Assembly: GCA_002269645.1 (NCBI GenBank)
Contig: NIVC01000428.1
Coordinates: 62,001 to 126,000, forward strand
DNA: 64,000 nt
From: Macrostomum lignano
Lineage: Eukaryota
Direction: 5' to 3'
Shown: piece after piece, positions 25,050-37,147 of the stretch
Position numbering within the stretch: the stretch's first letter is position 1
Layout: each line of letters starts with the position of its first letter
Notes under the pieces: model-generated
Databases searched by the model: none
Told to the model about the DNA's origin: nothing
Seen by the model: the letters and a program-made list of their open reading frames with translations, nothing else
Made by a program: the position numbers and the translations under genes

Positions 25050-25600
25050 TTGCTTTTGGCGCCTGATGCTTATTTTTGGCGCCTGATGCTTATTCTTGGC
25101 GCCTGCTGCTTATTTTTGGCGCCTGACGCTTATGTTTGGCGCTTGATGCTTTTTTTGGCGCCTGATGCTTATTTTTGGCACCTGATGCTTATTTTTGGCG
25201 CCTGAGGCTTTTTTTTGGCGCCTGATGCTTATTTTTGGCGCCTGATGCTTATCTTTGGCTTGATGCTCATTTTTGGCTCCTGATGCTTATTTTTGGCGCA
25301 TGATGCTTATCTTTGGCGCCTGATGCTTATTTTTGGCGCCTGATGCATATTTTTGGCGCCTGATGCATATTTTTGGCACCTGATGCTTATTTTTGGCGCC
25401 TGATGCTTATTTTGGGCGCCTGATGCATATTTTGGGCGCCTGATGCTTATTTTTGGCGCTTGATGCTTTTTTTTTTGGCGCTTGATGCTTATTTTTGGCA
25501 CCTGATGCATATTTTTGGCACCTGATGCTTATTTTTGGCGCCTGATGCTTATGTTTGGCACCTGATGCTTATTTTTGGCGCCCGGTGCTTATTTAGCGCG
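25050..25600. repeat. 20-bp minisatellite (GCCTGATGCTTATTTTTGGC)n
   Basis: Direct tandem units. Confidence 0.92.
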
Positions 25601-26044
25601 CCCGAGGAGACCTTTGTTTGGCATATTTTTGTATATATTTTATACTTTAGCCTTCATAATCACAGCATTTCATCATTGACACTGTTTATCAACATTTCTT
25701 TCCCATAGCATCTGCCGAGTGCATCAGGAAGCACACAAACAGGTAATCAGGGTGACAATTAAGCTGACTGAGACAATCAAAAGAGAACCAGCTAACATAG
25801 TAGACTATTAACAAATTGCTTTCATTAACAAATTGCTATTCTTTAATCAAAAAGAGCCGCAATAACATGAAGAATTACGGTTTGTTGTCAGCCATTCTCA
25901 AGCGCCTCCGCAGACAAAGACAGACTGCACTGGTTTATTCACTAGATATTATTAAACGCGTCTGCATTAACATTAATTGATTGAATTGAGTAATATAATC
26001 AGCTAAATATACACAAAATGCACAGCTATACAGAACTACATAAT

Positions 26045-26105
26045 TTACTGACGCGAAAGCCAAGCAAACCGGAAGCTGGTGACTAAGAGCAACTTCCGGC
26101 AAAGT
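26045..26105. promoter_or_regulatory. Possible housekeeping-type promoter with inverted ETS-like sites (CCGGAAG ... CTTCCGG) and TGACGC
   Basis: Motif match only; no downstream gene established. Confidence 0.25.
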
Positions 26106-26389
26106 TTATATTGAAAATTAAAAGCGCAGTTACAGATTGCTCACCAGGCTAGCAAAAGTACATTCAATTTATCCGGCTAGTTTTAAAGTGCGCACAAAAT
26201 AATATCGAATTATTGAAAATAAAACAAATAAAACGATTTAATTCAAGCATCGCAAGCATTGCATTGTTAGGTATTGAGAAGTGCAGGTAAACAACGACTG
26301 TCCATTTCTCTGTTGTACTTCCTATAATTGCATTGCCCCTGTCTACTGAACTTCTGGCTAACAAGTACTTTAGCTTTATTTAACAAAGT

Positions 26390-26900
26390 AACGGCATAGC
26401 AACTGCATAGCAGCGGCATAGCAACTACAAAGCAGCGGCATAGCAGCGGCATAGCAACTGCATAGCAGCGGCATAGCAACTACAAAGCAGCGGCATAGCA
26501 GCGGCATAGCAACTGCATAGCAGCGGCATAGCAACTGCAAAGCAGCGACATAGCAACTGTATAGCAGCGGTATAGCAACGGCATAGCAACTGCATAGCAG
26601 CGGCATAGCAACGGCATAGCAGCTGCAAAGCAGCGCTATAGCAACGGCATAGCAACTGCATAGCTGCGGCATAGCAACTGCAAAGCAGCGGCATAGCAAC
26701 TGCATAGCAGCGGAATAGCAACGGCATAGCAGCGGTATAGCAACGGCATAGCAGCGGTATAGCAACGGCATAGCAACTGCATAGCAACGGCATAGCAACT
26801 GCAAGGCAGCGGCATAGCAACTGCATAGCAGCGGTATAGCAACTGCATAGCAGTGGCATAGCAACTGCAAAGCAGCGGCATAGCAACTGCATAGCAACCA
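26390..26900. repeat. 11-bp-based minisatellite (GCGGCATAGCA / ACTGCATAGCA)n
   Basis: Direct tandem units. Confidence 0.92.
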
Positions 26901-26997
26901 TAAAGCCAGAGCCAATTAGACAAAAGTTAAAACTAAGAACATGTTTTCACTTTAAACAGGAAAAATAGCTAAAATAAGCACTCAGAGTTGCTAAGGT

Positions 26998-27246
26998 CTA
27001 AAGCGAATCATCATCAAACTCGTCGCCTTCGCCGCCGTCCAGCAGGTGCACCCAGCGATAGTGAGCAACCAAAGCCACCCGGTTCGGGCAGAAGGTGCGG
27101 CACACCTGGCAGCCGAACATGGTGGGCTCGCTGTGCGCCGCTGCCTCGTGCTCAGCCATGGCCGCGTCGCCGATAAGCCAGAGCCGGCACTCCGGACAGC
27201 GCCTGCCCAGCAAGGACCGGTCGGCCGGGTTCAGGTGCACCAACAC
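26998..27246 (-). CDS. C2H2 zinc-finger protein, exon 2 (two further fingers and an acidic tail)
   Basis: Acceptor catcgcag|GTG; CPECRLW...HEAAAH and CQVCRTF...HYRWVH; stop TAG. Confidence 0.8.
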   Translation of the reverse strand: MLVHLNPADRSLLGRRCPECRLWLIGDAAMAEHEAAAHSEPTMFGCQVCRTFCPNRVALVAHYRWVHLLDGGEGDEFDDDSL

Positions 27247-27354
27247 CTGCGATGTAAATGGAATTGCGTTTTTTTGCAAGGCCTTTGGCGCTTAAAGACT
27301 CAAGCTACTTACTAAGTAGTAAAATGAATTTTGTGCAACGACAAGCGAACAGAC

Positions 27355-29208
27355 CTGGTGGTTCTGCAGCAGCTCCGAGCCTGGGAAAGCTTCGTAGCAG
27401 GCGCCACACATCAGCACCTGCGGCCGGCTGTGCAGTCGACTGCCAGCTCCAGCGACAGCGCCGGAGGCCTCGGCGGCCGCGGCATCGCGAACATGCCGCT
27501 GCAGTCGGGCGGGCGACACCTCGGCAAAGCAGAACGGGCACCGGGTGCTCTGCGGCCCGGCCGCTGCCGCTTCAGCTGCCGCGGTTGCATCGGCCAGCGA
27601 CCAGGCCGACAGCACACGGACTTCCTCGAGCCTGAAGGAGTCGCACAGGCGGCGATGGCTGGCTAGAAACTCGGCCGAGACAAACGACAGCTGGCAGAGG
27701 TCGCACTGGTGCCGCTCCGACATCAGCGCGTCCTCCTCGCTGACTGTGGAGGCGTCGAGGTCGCAGGACATGACAGCTGATGGATGCTGCTGCTGCTGCA
27801 GTCGCATTGTAGTTGGCGGAGGCGGAGGCGGCGGGGGCGGCATGGACTTGTCGGGCAGCTGGCCTGGCCGCAGGCAGTGCGCTGCCGCTTCTGCTACGGA
27901 TTCGTCAGTGTCCAGCAATGCCACTGGGCTGGCCGGAGGCGACACGGAGAAAGTGGCATCGGAGGCGGCGGCGGGCTCTGACGACTGTCTGGCCAGGCGG
28001 CAGTTGGCGTAGAGGAGCAGAGACTCAATTTCAGACCGGGACAGCAGCCGGTGCACCTTGGTGATGTGCGAGTAAGCGTGCTGCCTGCGGTTGAAGCCTC
28101 GCCGACAGCGCATGCAGATGTAATTGGCGCGGTGCATGCTGCGGATGTGCCGGAGCAGGGTGGTGCGGCAGGACAGCACCTTGCCGCAGTGGCCGCACTT
28201 GCAGTTGGCTGCACTCGCGGGCTTGGAGGCTGGCTGCTTCTGTTGCTGGGCAGACTGCAGCACCTGAGGCAGCGACTGCAGGCGGGTTATTTTCACCAGC
28301 AGCTTGCTCTTCTCGCCCGGCTGCTTTGCGGCCAAGTCAGGCGGCTCCTTCTTGACGTCAGCAGCCGCAGCCGCCTCCGATTTCTTAAGCCGCGGCCGTC
28401 CGCCCATGGTTAACCAGGCCTCTCTGTGGTAGCGGCGCATGTGCCGGGAATAGTTAGTGAAGCCAACCAGCTTATGGCAGATCGGGCACAATTTACCCGG
28501 CCGCTTGTTGTTCGGCGTTGCCGACGCGGCCGAACCCGCCGACGCTTTGGTTGAATTCGTGGCCGAGCTGGAGTTCAGCGAGATCCGATCGGCGTCACTG
28601 CCGGCTCCGTCAGCTTCATCCGACTGCTCAGCTTCCTCGTGCTCCTGCTGAGTCGGCTTGTTTTTTGCTTTCCCGCCAGCTGTCAGGCGCCGATTCCCGA
28701 ATTGGCGCCAGCGGTTTCGGGCTAAGCGGCGCATTTTGGCCCACTTGACCGGGTGGACGCGGCACATGTGGCTGCGGAACCCGCTGCCCGAGTGCAGCTG
28801 CCGGCCGCACTCCCGGCACTGCAGGTCCAGCGGCACCGGCACCGCGCGAGGCCCGACCGACTTGGCCGGGCCGGCAGCCGCGCCAGGGGACAAGCGATTG
28901 CCGACGCTGCCTTCGCCGCCGCCATCGTCTTTTCCGCCGCCACCAACGTCGGTTTCTTCAGTCCCTTCTTCAGTCGCTTCGGCCGCGTCGGCGGCGCCGG
29001 CCTCGATGCCGTGGGCCAGCAGCTCGTGGCGTTGTCGGCGGCCCCGTTGAGAGAACCGCTCGCCGCACCGGCGGCAGGCGAATTTCCAGGGCCGGTGCCG
29101 GTGCACCAGGTGGCGGCCCAGGCCCTGCGATGAGTTGGTGATGAACGGGCAGTGCGGGCACTTGTAGATGCCGCCGCCGCTGCTGCCGGTGCTGCCGCGG
29201 GAGGCCAT
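27355..29208 (-). CDS. C2H2 zinc-finger protein, exon 1 (about 9 dispersed fingers; about 700 aa in total)
   Basis: Repeated CxxC...HxxxxH motifs (CPHC, CRRC, CREC, CPIC, CGHC, CMRC, CDLC, CPFC, CGAC); the 108-bp intron CAG|gtctgt...cag completes the finger NHQ-VLVH. Confidence 0.9.
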
Positions 29209-29324
29209 GCTTTAGCCGCTAATTAATGCAGCACCGAGCCAGCTGATTCTAAGAAAATGCCGAGACGGAGCTGCTGCGGGATATTCGTGAGCTGGCATGC
29301 AGTGCCTGACATCTGGGATTGAGG

Positions 29325-30285
29325 GTTGCTCAGGTGATAATCAGGGGATCGAATGGGATTATTGACTGCTCAGGTGATAATCTGGGGATCAAATGGGATT
29401 ATTGACTGCTCAGGTGATAATCAGGGGATCGAATGGGATTATTGACTGCTCAGGTGCTAAACAGGGGATCAAATGGGATTATTGACTGCTCAGGTGCTAA
29501 ACAGGGGATCGAATTGGATTATTGACTGCTCAGATGATAATCTGGGGATCAAATGGGATTATTGACTGCTCAGATGATAATCAGGAGATCAAATGGGATT
29601 ATTGACTGCTCAGATGATAATCAGGGGATCAAATGGGATTATTGACTGCTCAGATTATAATCTGGGGATCAAATGGGATTATTGACTGCTCAGGTGATAA
29701 TCAGGGGATCAAATGGGATTATTGACTGCTCAGGTGATAATTGGGGGATCAAATGGGATTATTGACTGCTCAGATGATAATCTGGGGATCAAATGGGATT
29801 ATTGACTGCTCAGATGATAATCTGGGGATCAACTGGGATTATTGACTGCTCAGTTGATAATCAGGGGATCAAATGGGATTATTGACTGCTCAGGTGATAA
29901 TCAGGGGATCAAATGGGATCATTGACTGCTCAGGTGATAATCAGGGGATCAGCTGGGGATTATTGACTGCTCAGGTGATAATTAGGGGATCAAATGGGAT
30001 TATTGACTGCTCAGGTGATAATCTGGGGATCAACTGGGATTATTGACAGCTCGGGTGATAATTAGGGGATTAACTGGGATTATTGACTGCTCAGGTGATA
30101 ATTAGGGGATTAACTGGGATTATTGACTGCTCAGGTGATAATTAGGGGATCAAATGGGATTATTGACTGCTCAGGTGATAATCAGGGGATCAGCTGGGGA
30201 TTATTGACTGCTCAGGTGATAATCAGGGGATCAGCTGGGGATTATTGACTGCTCAGGTGATAATTAAGGGATCAAATGGGATTAT
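29325..30285. repeat. 40-bp minisatellite (TCAGGTGATAATCAGGGGATCAAATGGGATTATTGACTGC)n
   Basis: About 24 tandem units just upstream of the zinc-finger ATG. Confidence 0.95.
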
Positions 30286-31190
30286 CACAAAGTCAAATCT
30301 CTCTAGTGCATAAAAAAATTCACAAAGCAGAAATCTGCAATAAAGAAGGCGGAACACAATAAACAAGATCTGAATAGAACGCAGTAAAAATTCAAATATT
30401 TATTCAATATTTGACATCTGAATAAAGCTTGAAACTAACTAATCGAAATAAGAACCGATCAGGAAACTTCATCGCAATAGGGTGGAGGGTCGCCTTGGCA
30501 CTGCAGCGCCTACAGAGCACAGTTTATAGATAGAAACGAATATCTAAGAAGCAAAAATAGTAAAAATTAAACAAAACTTTTTATCAATAGACTTCAAGAT
30601 GAGGCTTACACAGATTCTATTTATTGTTATAAGTTACCGGTTTAATAAAATTTGCAATAAGATTAAAAATGTGCATTACGAATAAAAAAGGATGAGTTCT
30701 TGGAAAAATTAAATCATTAAACGCCAATTAAAAAACCTTTAAAATTGTATTGAAAACATACTATACACACTACTGATCGATCGATCCAAGTAAGTAGTTG
30801 AGATGCTGAGAAATAGGAAAACAAAATCGCGCAATCTGGCAAAAATGGCAAAAATGGCAATCTGATTACCGCACAGAGTTCCCTTATATATATTTCTGGT
30901 TTTTATTTGATTTTGAATGCCTACAACTACTTGAAGTAGTAGCTGGATTTACCAAGAAATGGCACCTGGCGGCAATGCGAACAGCCGATGATGTACAAAA
31001 ACAAAGAGGAATTACGGATTAATAAATAATTAAAAAATCGATAAAAATTTTAGTGACACCCGAAGTTATATAATGATAATTTGTTGCTTTCCACCCTAGC
31101 TAAACAAAAAGCCGAATTAATCTACTCGCTACTAACAGTAGTAAATATAAAATTAAGTATCAATATCGGTGTGTAGATGCGGCCCGGCTG

Positions 31191-31496
31191 TTACAGAATG
31201 TCGCGCCAGTTCAACTTCGCGTCGACCTGCTGGTCGCCATCAACCGTCAGGTCGTCCAGATGGTCGGCCAAATCGACCCGGAAGCGGGCCCGGAAGTTGG
31301 CCTCCGTAGGCATGTAGGGATACCAGAATACGAAGTTCACATCCCAGACATTGTTAAGCATGTTGAATGAGATGCCGGCAACCTTGGAATCGGGCACGGG
31401 GCTCATGGGCACCGGCCACACGGTCGGCCCGTAGGAGGCCGTGCGCGGGCAGGCCAGGCTGGAGTCCAGCGACTGAACTCGCAGCTCCGCTTTGCC
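31191..31496 (-). CDS. Secreted GH38-like/DUF5054-type glycoside hydrolase, exon 6 (terminal)
   Basis: Acceptor tgtcgcag|GGC; FNMLNNVWDVNFVFWYPY...ANFRARF resembles the DUF5054 C-terminal motif FNLxNNxWGTNFxxW. Confidence 0.78.
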   Translation of the reverse strand, partial: GKAELRVQSLDSSLACPRTASYGPTVWPVPMSPVPDSKVAGISFNMLNNVWDVNFVFWYPYMPTEANFRARFRVDLADHLDDLTVDGDQQVDAKLNWRDIL

Positions 31497-31719
31497 CTGC
31501 GACAAAAATAGTAGCGATGCTCTACTGTCAGTAGGTTGGATAGGAAGCTGCGGCACTTATCAAATTAGGAGTGTGCACAAATCTATGTTGGCAATATTCA
31601 GGAAAGAGGTTTTAAAGGTGATTTTAATCTTATTACAGCACTTATTGGAAATCGATTCTTTATACTCGTAGTAATTAGAAGACCGTTTCTTTCATAGCGC
31701 TTGGGAGGCAGCTTTTGAC

Positions 31720-32375
31720 GTAGGATTAGAGGGAGGTTTTGATAAGGGATTAGAGAGAGATTTGACATGCTTTTAGAGATTTTGATAATGGATTAGAGGG
31801 AGATTTGACATGCTTTTAGAGAGATTTCGATAAGGGATTAGAGGGAGATTTGACATGCTTTTGGAGAGATTTTGATAAGGGATTAAAGGGAGATTTGACA
31901 TGCTTTTAGAGAGATTTTGATAAGGGATTAGAGGGAGATTTGACATGCTTTTGGAGAGATTTTGATAAGGGATTAGAGGGAGATTTTGATAATGGATTAG
32001 AGGGAGATTTGACATGCTTTTAGAGAGATTTTGATAAGGGATTAGAGGGAGATTTGACATGCTTTTGGAGAGATTTTGATAATGGATTAGAGGGAGATTT
32101 GACATGCTTTTAGAGAGATTTTGATAAGGGATTAGAGGGAGATTTCAACAAGGGATTAGAGGGAGATTTTGACATGGGATTAGAGGGAGATTTGACATGG
32201 ATTAGAGGGAGATTTTGACATGGGATTAGAGGGAGATTTGACATGGATTAGAGGGAGATTTTGACATGGGATTAGAGGGAGATTTGACATGGGATTCGAG
32301 AGAGATTTGACATGGATTAGAGGGAGATTTTGACATGGGATTCGAGAGAGATTTGACATGGATTAGAGGGAGATT
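31720..32375. repeat. 22-bp-based minisatellite (GATTAGAGGGAGATTTGACATG)n, hydrolase intron 5
   Basis: Direct tandem units with higher-order variants. Confidence 0.92.
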
Positions 32376-32420
32376 TTGACGTGTTTAGGAGATTTTCTTA
32401 AAACAGGGAACAGACTTTAC

Positions 32421-32681
32421 CTGCTGACGGAAGGCGACGCTGTACGGCGAGTGGCCAACCATGTGCTGCCAGACGCTGCCGTTGGCGGCCACCTGGCCAA
32501 CGGCGATATCGTGGCCCAGCTTATTAAGCACGGCCAGGGCGCCAGGCGGCTTTGGGAAGTCAATATAGAAAGCCTCCATCAGGCGGGTGGGAGTTTTGCT
32601 TAGCGACCAGCTGTGCAGAGTGTAGCCGGTGCCAGTGAAGTTGTACATGGCCCACATGCTGGCCGGGGCGCCGTATTTCAC
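32421..32681 (-). CDS. Glycoside hydrolase, exon 5 (87 codons)
   Basis: cccaag|GTG ... CAG|gtaaag; contains KTPTRLMEAFYIDF. Confidence 0.8.
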
Positions 32682-32814
32682 CTTGGGGGGGGGGTGACAA
32701 AGACGTGCCTGCATTGTGCTGTACTTTTATGCCGATTCGGATATTTTACACCAGTCATAAAATTTTCATACTAAACTAAATATTTTTCTAAACACGATGT
32801 AACGCATCATAGAA

Positions 32815-33205
32815 GGTCCCATTTTGAACTCAATAACAGGTTCCACTTTGGACTCCATAACAGGTCCCATTTTAGACTTCATAACAGGTCCCATTTTAAC
32901 AGGTCCTAATTTAGACTCCATAACAGGTCCTAATTTAGACTACATAACAAGTCCCATTTTGGACTCCATAACAGGTCCCAATTTAGGCTCCATAACAGGT
33001 CCCATTTTGGACTCCATAACAGGTCCCAATTAAGACTCCATAACAAGTCCCATTTTGGACTCCATAACAGGTCCCAATTTAGGCTCCATAACAGGTCCCA
33101 TTTTGGACTCCATAACAGGTCCCAATTTAGACTCCGTAACAGGTCCCATTTTGGACTCCATAACAGGTCCCAATTTAGACTCCGTAGCAGGTCCCAATCA
33201 TAACA
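32815..33205. repeat. 24-bp minisatellite (ATAACAGGTCCCATTTTGGACTCC)n, hydrolase intron 4
   Basis: Direct tandem units. Confidence 0.92.
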
Positions 33206-33309
33206 GGTCGATGATTTTACACTCCATTTATACTCCAGGTGTTTATTTTGGGTTTATAAAACACTAATCCGACACCCCAGCAACCAATCCTTCCACCACG
33301 ATGCCTCAC

Positions 33310-33750
33310 CGAGCTCTGCGGATCGTCCATTAAGAACTGCACAGCGAAGGCGGACTGGCTGCTATGCTGGTAGATGGCCGCAGCACTAACTGACCAGAAC
33401 TGCGACACCGGGTGAGCATTCTGGGTGCTATTGTACTTGCCAAAGCCCGTGTTATCCCCATTGGGATTGGTGTAATAGCGCAGGAAAAAAGCCGTGTCGC
33501 TCTCATTGTAGGTCCGGTAGACAAAGGCGCCGCCGCCCTGATGCCAGGTGGCGCCGGAGTCGATGGAGAAGCGGGCCAGGCCGGCGCGGCGGTCGAAGAC
33601 CACCCGGTAGGGCCCGCCGGCAGTCAGCGGCCGGCCCCAGGCGGTGTCGTTCAGCCTGGAGAAATTGGCGCCAACGCCGGGGAATTCGTCGGCTAGGGGG
33701 GCCAGCTCAGCCGCGATGTACGAGGCCAGCTTGGGTGGGGCGGCGTCCAC
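33310..33750 (-). CDS. Glycoside hydrolase, exon 4 (147 codons)
   Basis: ccgcag|GTG ... TCG|gtgagg; contains FVYRTYNESD. Confidence 0.8.
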
Positions 33751-33879
33751 CTGCGGATATAGTTGGGGAGGGGGATTGAAAAGTACATTTTAGCTGCTAA
33801 TTAGAGGTAGGTGTGCGAAAAAAACTTGGCCCGAGTGATTCGCGCCTTTTGATGGCATGTGATCATGTGAAGATTTGAG

Positions 33880-34130
33880 CTTGTGAACTTTCTCGAGCTC
33901 ATGAAGTTTCGAACTCATGAAGTTTCGAACTTGTGAAGATTCGAGCTTATGAAGTTTCGAGCTCATGAAGTTTCGAACTTGTGAAGATCCGAGCTCATGA
34001 AGTTTCGAACTTGTGAAGATCCGAGCTCATGAAGTTTCGATCTCATGAAGTTTCGAGCTTATGAAGTTTCGAACTTGTGAAGATCCGAGCTCATGAAGTT
34101 TCGAGCTTGTGAAGCTTCGCACTTGGGAAA
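33880..34130. repeat. Short composite repeat (ATGAAGTTTCGAACT/GCTC), hydrolase intron 3
   Basis: Direct tandem units. Confidence 0.85.
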
Positions 34131-34199
34131 GCGACCCTCCCTAGCTCCCATTCCAAAATCCAGGATCGTCACTGGTATTGATATGAAAGCAGCACTCAC

Positions 34200-34622
34200 A
34201 GCCAACTGCAGGAACTGCCGCTGCTCAAGCCAAGATGACACTCCGTGCCGGAAATTGTCATTCTGCATAACGCTGTAGAAGTCCAAATTGCTGTAGTGCA
34301 CATAGTCCCACACACCGTTAAGGCCGTAGGTGTGCTCGGCAGCTTTAGCAATCCAGCGGCTGAACATGATCATGTCCGGCGACTCCAGCTGGCAGGCGCC
34401 GGCCGAGACGCAGGTGTCCAGGGCGCGGGCGATGGCGCGGTACCTGGCCATGCGATGGAAATCCGCCTGATCGCCCTGCAGCCAGGTGTCGCCATTCTCT
34501 TTAGTGAACACGGGCACCGAGTCTCTGTTAGCCAGCACTAGGGACCAGAATTTCTCCATAGTGGAAGCCGAGATGGCTGCGTTGGGGTACTGGCCGCGCA
34601 GCACCTCGTAGTTGGACAGCAC
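34200..34622 (-). CDS. Glycoside hydrolase, exon 3 (141 codons)
   Basis: caacag|GTG ... GCT|gtgagt; contains ASTMEKF, KENGDTWLQG, AEHTYG and SWLEQR, all typical of the family. Confidence 0.82.
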
Positions 34623-34689
34623 CTGTTGTGCGTGTTGCGGCGTTGAACCAGTTCAGGTATAGAGATGCTTCTTAATTAGCATTGGTCAC

Positions 34690-35550
34690 TTACAGCACTT
34701 GTACTACTGCTACAGTACCATACAGCACTTGCTACAGTACCATACAGCACTTGCTACAGTACCATACAGCACTTGCTACAGTATCCTACAGCACTTGCTA
34801 CAGTACTATACAGCACTTGCTACAGTATCCTACAGCCCTTGCTACAGTATCCTACAGCCCTTGCTACAGTATCCTACAGCACTTGCTACAGTATCCTACA
34901 GCCCTTGCTACAGTATCCTACAGCCCTTGCTACAGTATCCTACAGCACTTGCTACAGTATCCTACAGCACTTGCTACAGTATCCTACAGCACTTGCTACA
35001 GTATCCTACAGCACTTGCTACAGTATCCTACAGCACTTGCTACAGTATCCTACAGCACTTGCTACAGTATCCTACAGCACTTGCTACAGTATCCTACAGC
35101 ACTTGCTACAGTATCCTACAGCACTTGCTACAGTATCCCACAGCACTTGCTACAGTATCCCACAGCGATTCCTACAGTACCATACAGCACTTGCTACAGT
35201 ATCCTACAGCACTTGCTACAGTATCCTACAGCACTTGCTACAGTATCCTACAGCACTTGCTACAGTATCCTACAGCACTTGCTACAGCATCCTACAGCAC
35301 TTCCTACAGTATCCTACAGCACTTCCTACAGACAGTACCATACAGCACTTGCTACAGTATCCTACAGCACTTCCTACAGTATCCTACAGCACTTCCTACA
35401 GACAGTACCATACAGCACTTGCTACAGTATCCTACAGCACTTGCTACAGTATCCTACAGCACTTGCTACAGTATCCCACAGCACTTGCTACAGTATCCTA
35501 CAGCACTTGCTACAGCATCCTACAGCACTTGCTACAGTATCATCCAGCAC
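34690..35550. repeat. 22-bp minisatellite (CACTTGCTACAGTATCCTACAG)n, hydrolase intron 2
   Basis: About 38 tandem units. Confidence 0.95.
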
Positions 35551-35742
35551 TTCATATTCATATTTATATTCAGTGGCAAATATAACACTTATACCACAAT
35601 TAGAAGTGGGTCAAATATTCGAAAAACAATGTTTTTTAATGCTTTCAATATTTGAATTTTGAATTTGAATGCCCCCATGAGGGCTTGATGCGCTAGTGCT
35701 TACTATTTTGAGTTTAAAAAAATCAGATTAAGAACGCATTAC

Positions 35743-36141
35743 CTCTTTATAGTCAACAGGCGGGCCGCTGTTGTCGCTGCGGAAGGCCCAGCACTGAATC
35801 TCAGTAGTGCCGGGTGCCTGCAGGCAGTTGCTGAAGTCCAGGCCGCCCGGGTGGTTGGGGTCCGGGCCCGGATTGCCGGGATAGCCGCCAGGGATTTTGT
35901 TATAAAAGATCTCGTTGCCGGTGTCGGGCGAACGCCAGCGAACGAATTTCAAGTCGGGACTGCCGAGATCAACGGACGGGCAGGCCCAGTTGATGCCGTT
36001 GGTCACCGCCACTATGCCGTTTTTAGCCATCAGGTCGATGGCCGCCCGGGTCAGACCGGGCACGTCGCGTAGGGAGACGGCGCTCAGCTTCCGCTTGATG
36101 CCGAACTTGGCGTCCAACCGCTTGGCGGAGTCCAGGCTGAT
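35743..36141 (-). CDS. Glycoside hydrolase, exon 2 (133 codons)
   Basis: ccctcag|ATC ... GAG|gtaatg; contains RDVPGLTRAAI and WAFRSDNSGPP. Confidence 0.82.
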
Positions 36142-36649
36142 CTGAGGGACCGGGGACAGGGGGGGGCAGTGGTCTAGCCAGTGGTAGCCAAGTTTTCCAG
36201 CGCGGCGCTATGATATGCCAGCGGCCCAGGCTCGATTCCAAGTGCAGTCACATTAATAATCCGGGGCTAAATTGGAATCGCAGTGAAGTGTACATGCCTA
36301 ACAAATAAAGTTAGGGCCGCTGTACACTCCTGTGCGAGTGTGTGCCTGCTCAGGGGATTCGGCAAAATGGGCAGTAATGCCTCTTGCTTAAAGTGCGCCA
36401 GGGTCTGTGTACACTGTCCCCCCCCCCAACGCCACAGCTGCAGAGTATGCACACTCAAACAGAACTGGACGGCCGATCACGAGACATGTACACTCTCTGC
36501 GCCTTTGTGGGGTTGGCCCTCGTGGGCGTGAACTGTATGACAAGCTCACAGGTGAATTTTCGGTCAAGAAAAACCCTAATTTGATGTGGACCAGAGGCTG
36601 GAGTCGGACACTTCTAACATTTTAGCGCTACTCTGCCCACTGGCCTCAC

Positions 36650-37147
36650 CTGCAGCAAGTTGGGGGTCAGGCAGGTCTCGTATTGTACATTCATAGAGCC
36701 GGCGTGCCACTGGATGGAGCCCTCCTTGACAGCCTGGGCCACGTAGTCAACAGTGGCCTGCGACGGGCACTGGATTTTGATGCCCTGCAGCGACACATTC
36801 TGCGGACAGTCAAAGAACATCTCCAGCATCCAGGGATGCGCCAGGTAGGAGAAAGTCTCCAGATAGCCGAATTTGCGCAAATCCCGGCTGACATTGGCGG
36901 CCCGTTCGAAATAAACGTTTAAATATGCGTTGATCACATTGGCCGAATAGCCAATTTCCGATGGCAGGCTGAAGCCAACGTCCAGGTGATTCATAAACAT
37001 CAGGTGGACGCGGGTTATCTCTGGATGAGGCGTTGACACCTTCTGGCTAAAATAATTCGGCGCCTGATGCTGAATGATGGCGCTGACGTCAGTGGCTGTC
37101 GCGGCCAGGACAGCAGCTAGACAGCACAGCAGCGCTGACTGGGACAT
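36650..37147 (-). CDS. Glycoside hydrolase, exon 1 (signal peptide plus GH38N/GH57-like barrel start); whole protein about 775 aa
   Basis: MSQSALLCCLAAVLAATATDVSA signal peptide; VHLMFMNHLDVGF metal-binding motif; AVKEGSIQWHAGSMN; donor CAG|gtgagg. Confidence 0.85.

Larger units (their letters stand above)
14981..33225 (+). repeat. Left arm of a large inverted duplication (partner 45698-64000)
   Basis: Colinear reverse-complement matches: 17454/56601, 21132/52447, 22169/51396, 23818/50352, 26164/46959, 32385/46252; window end 64000 maps to 14981. Confidence 0.92.

Noticed and set aside
34682-35662. Three overlapping 270-326-aa ORFs; similar ORFs at 26376-26915, 31773-32105 and 57308-58093
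   Set aside because: Stop-free minisatellite translations
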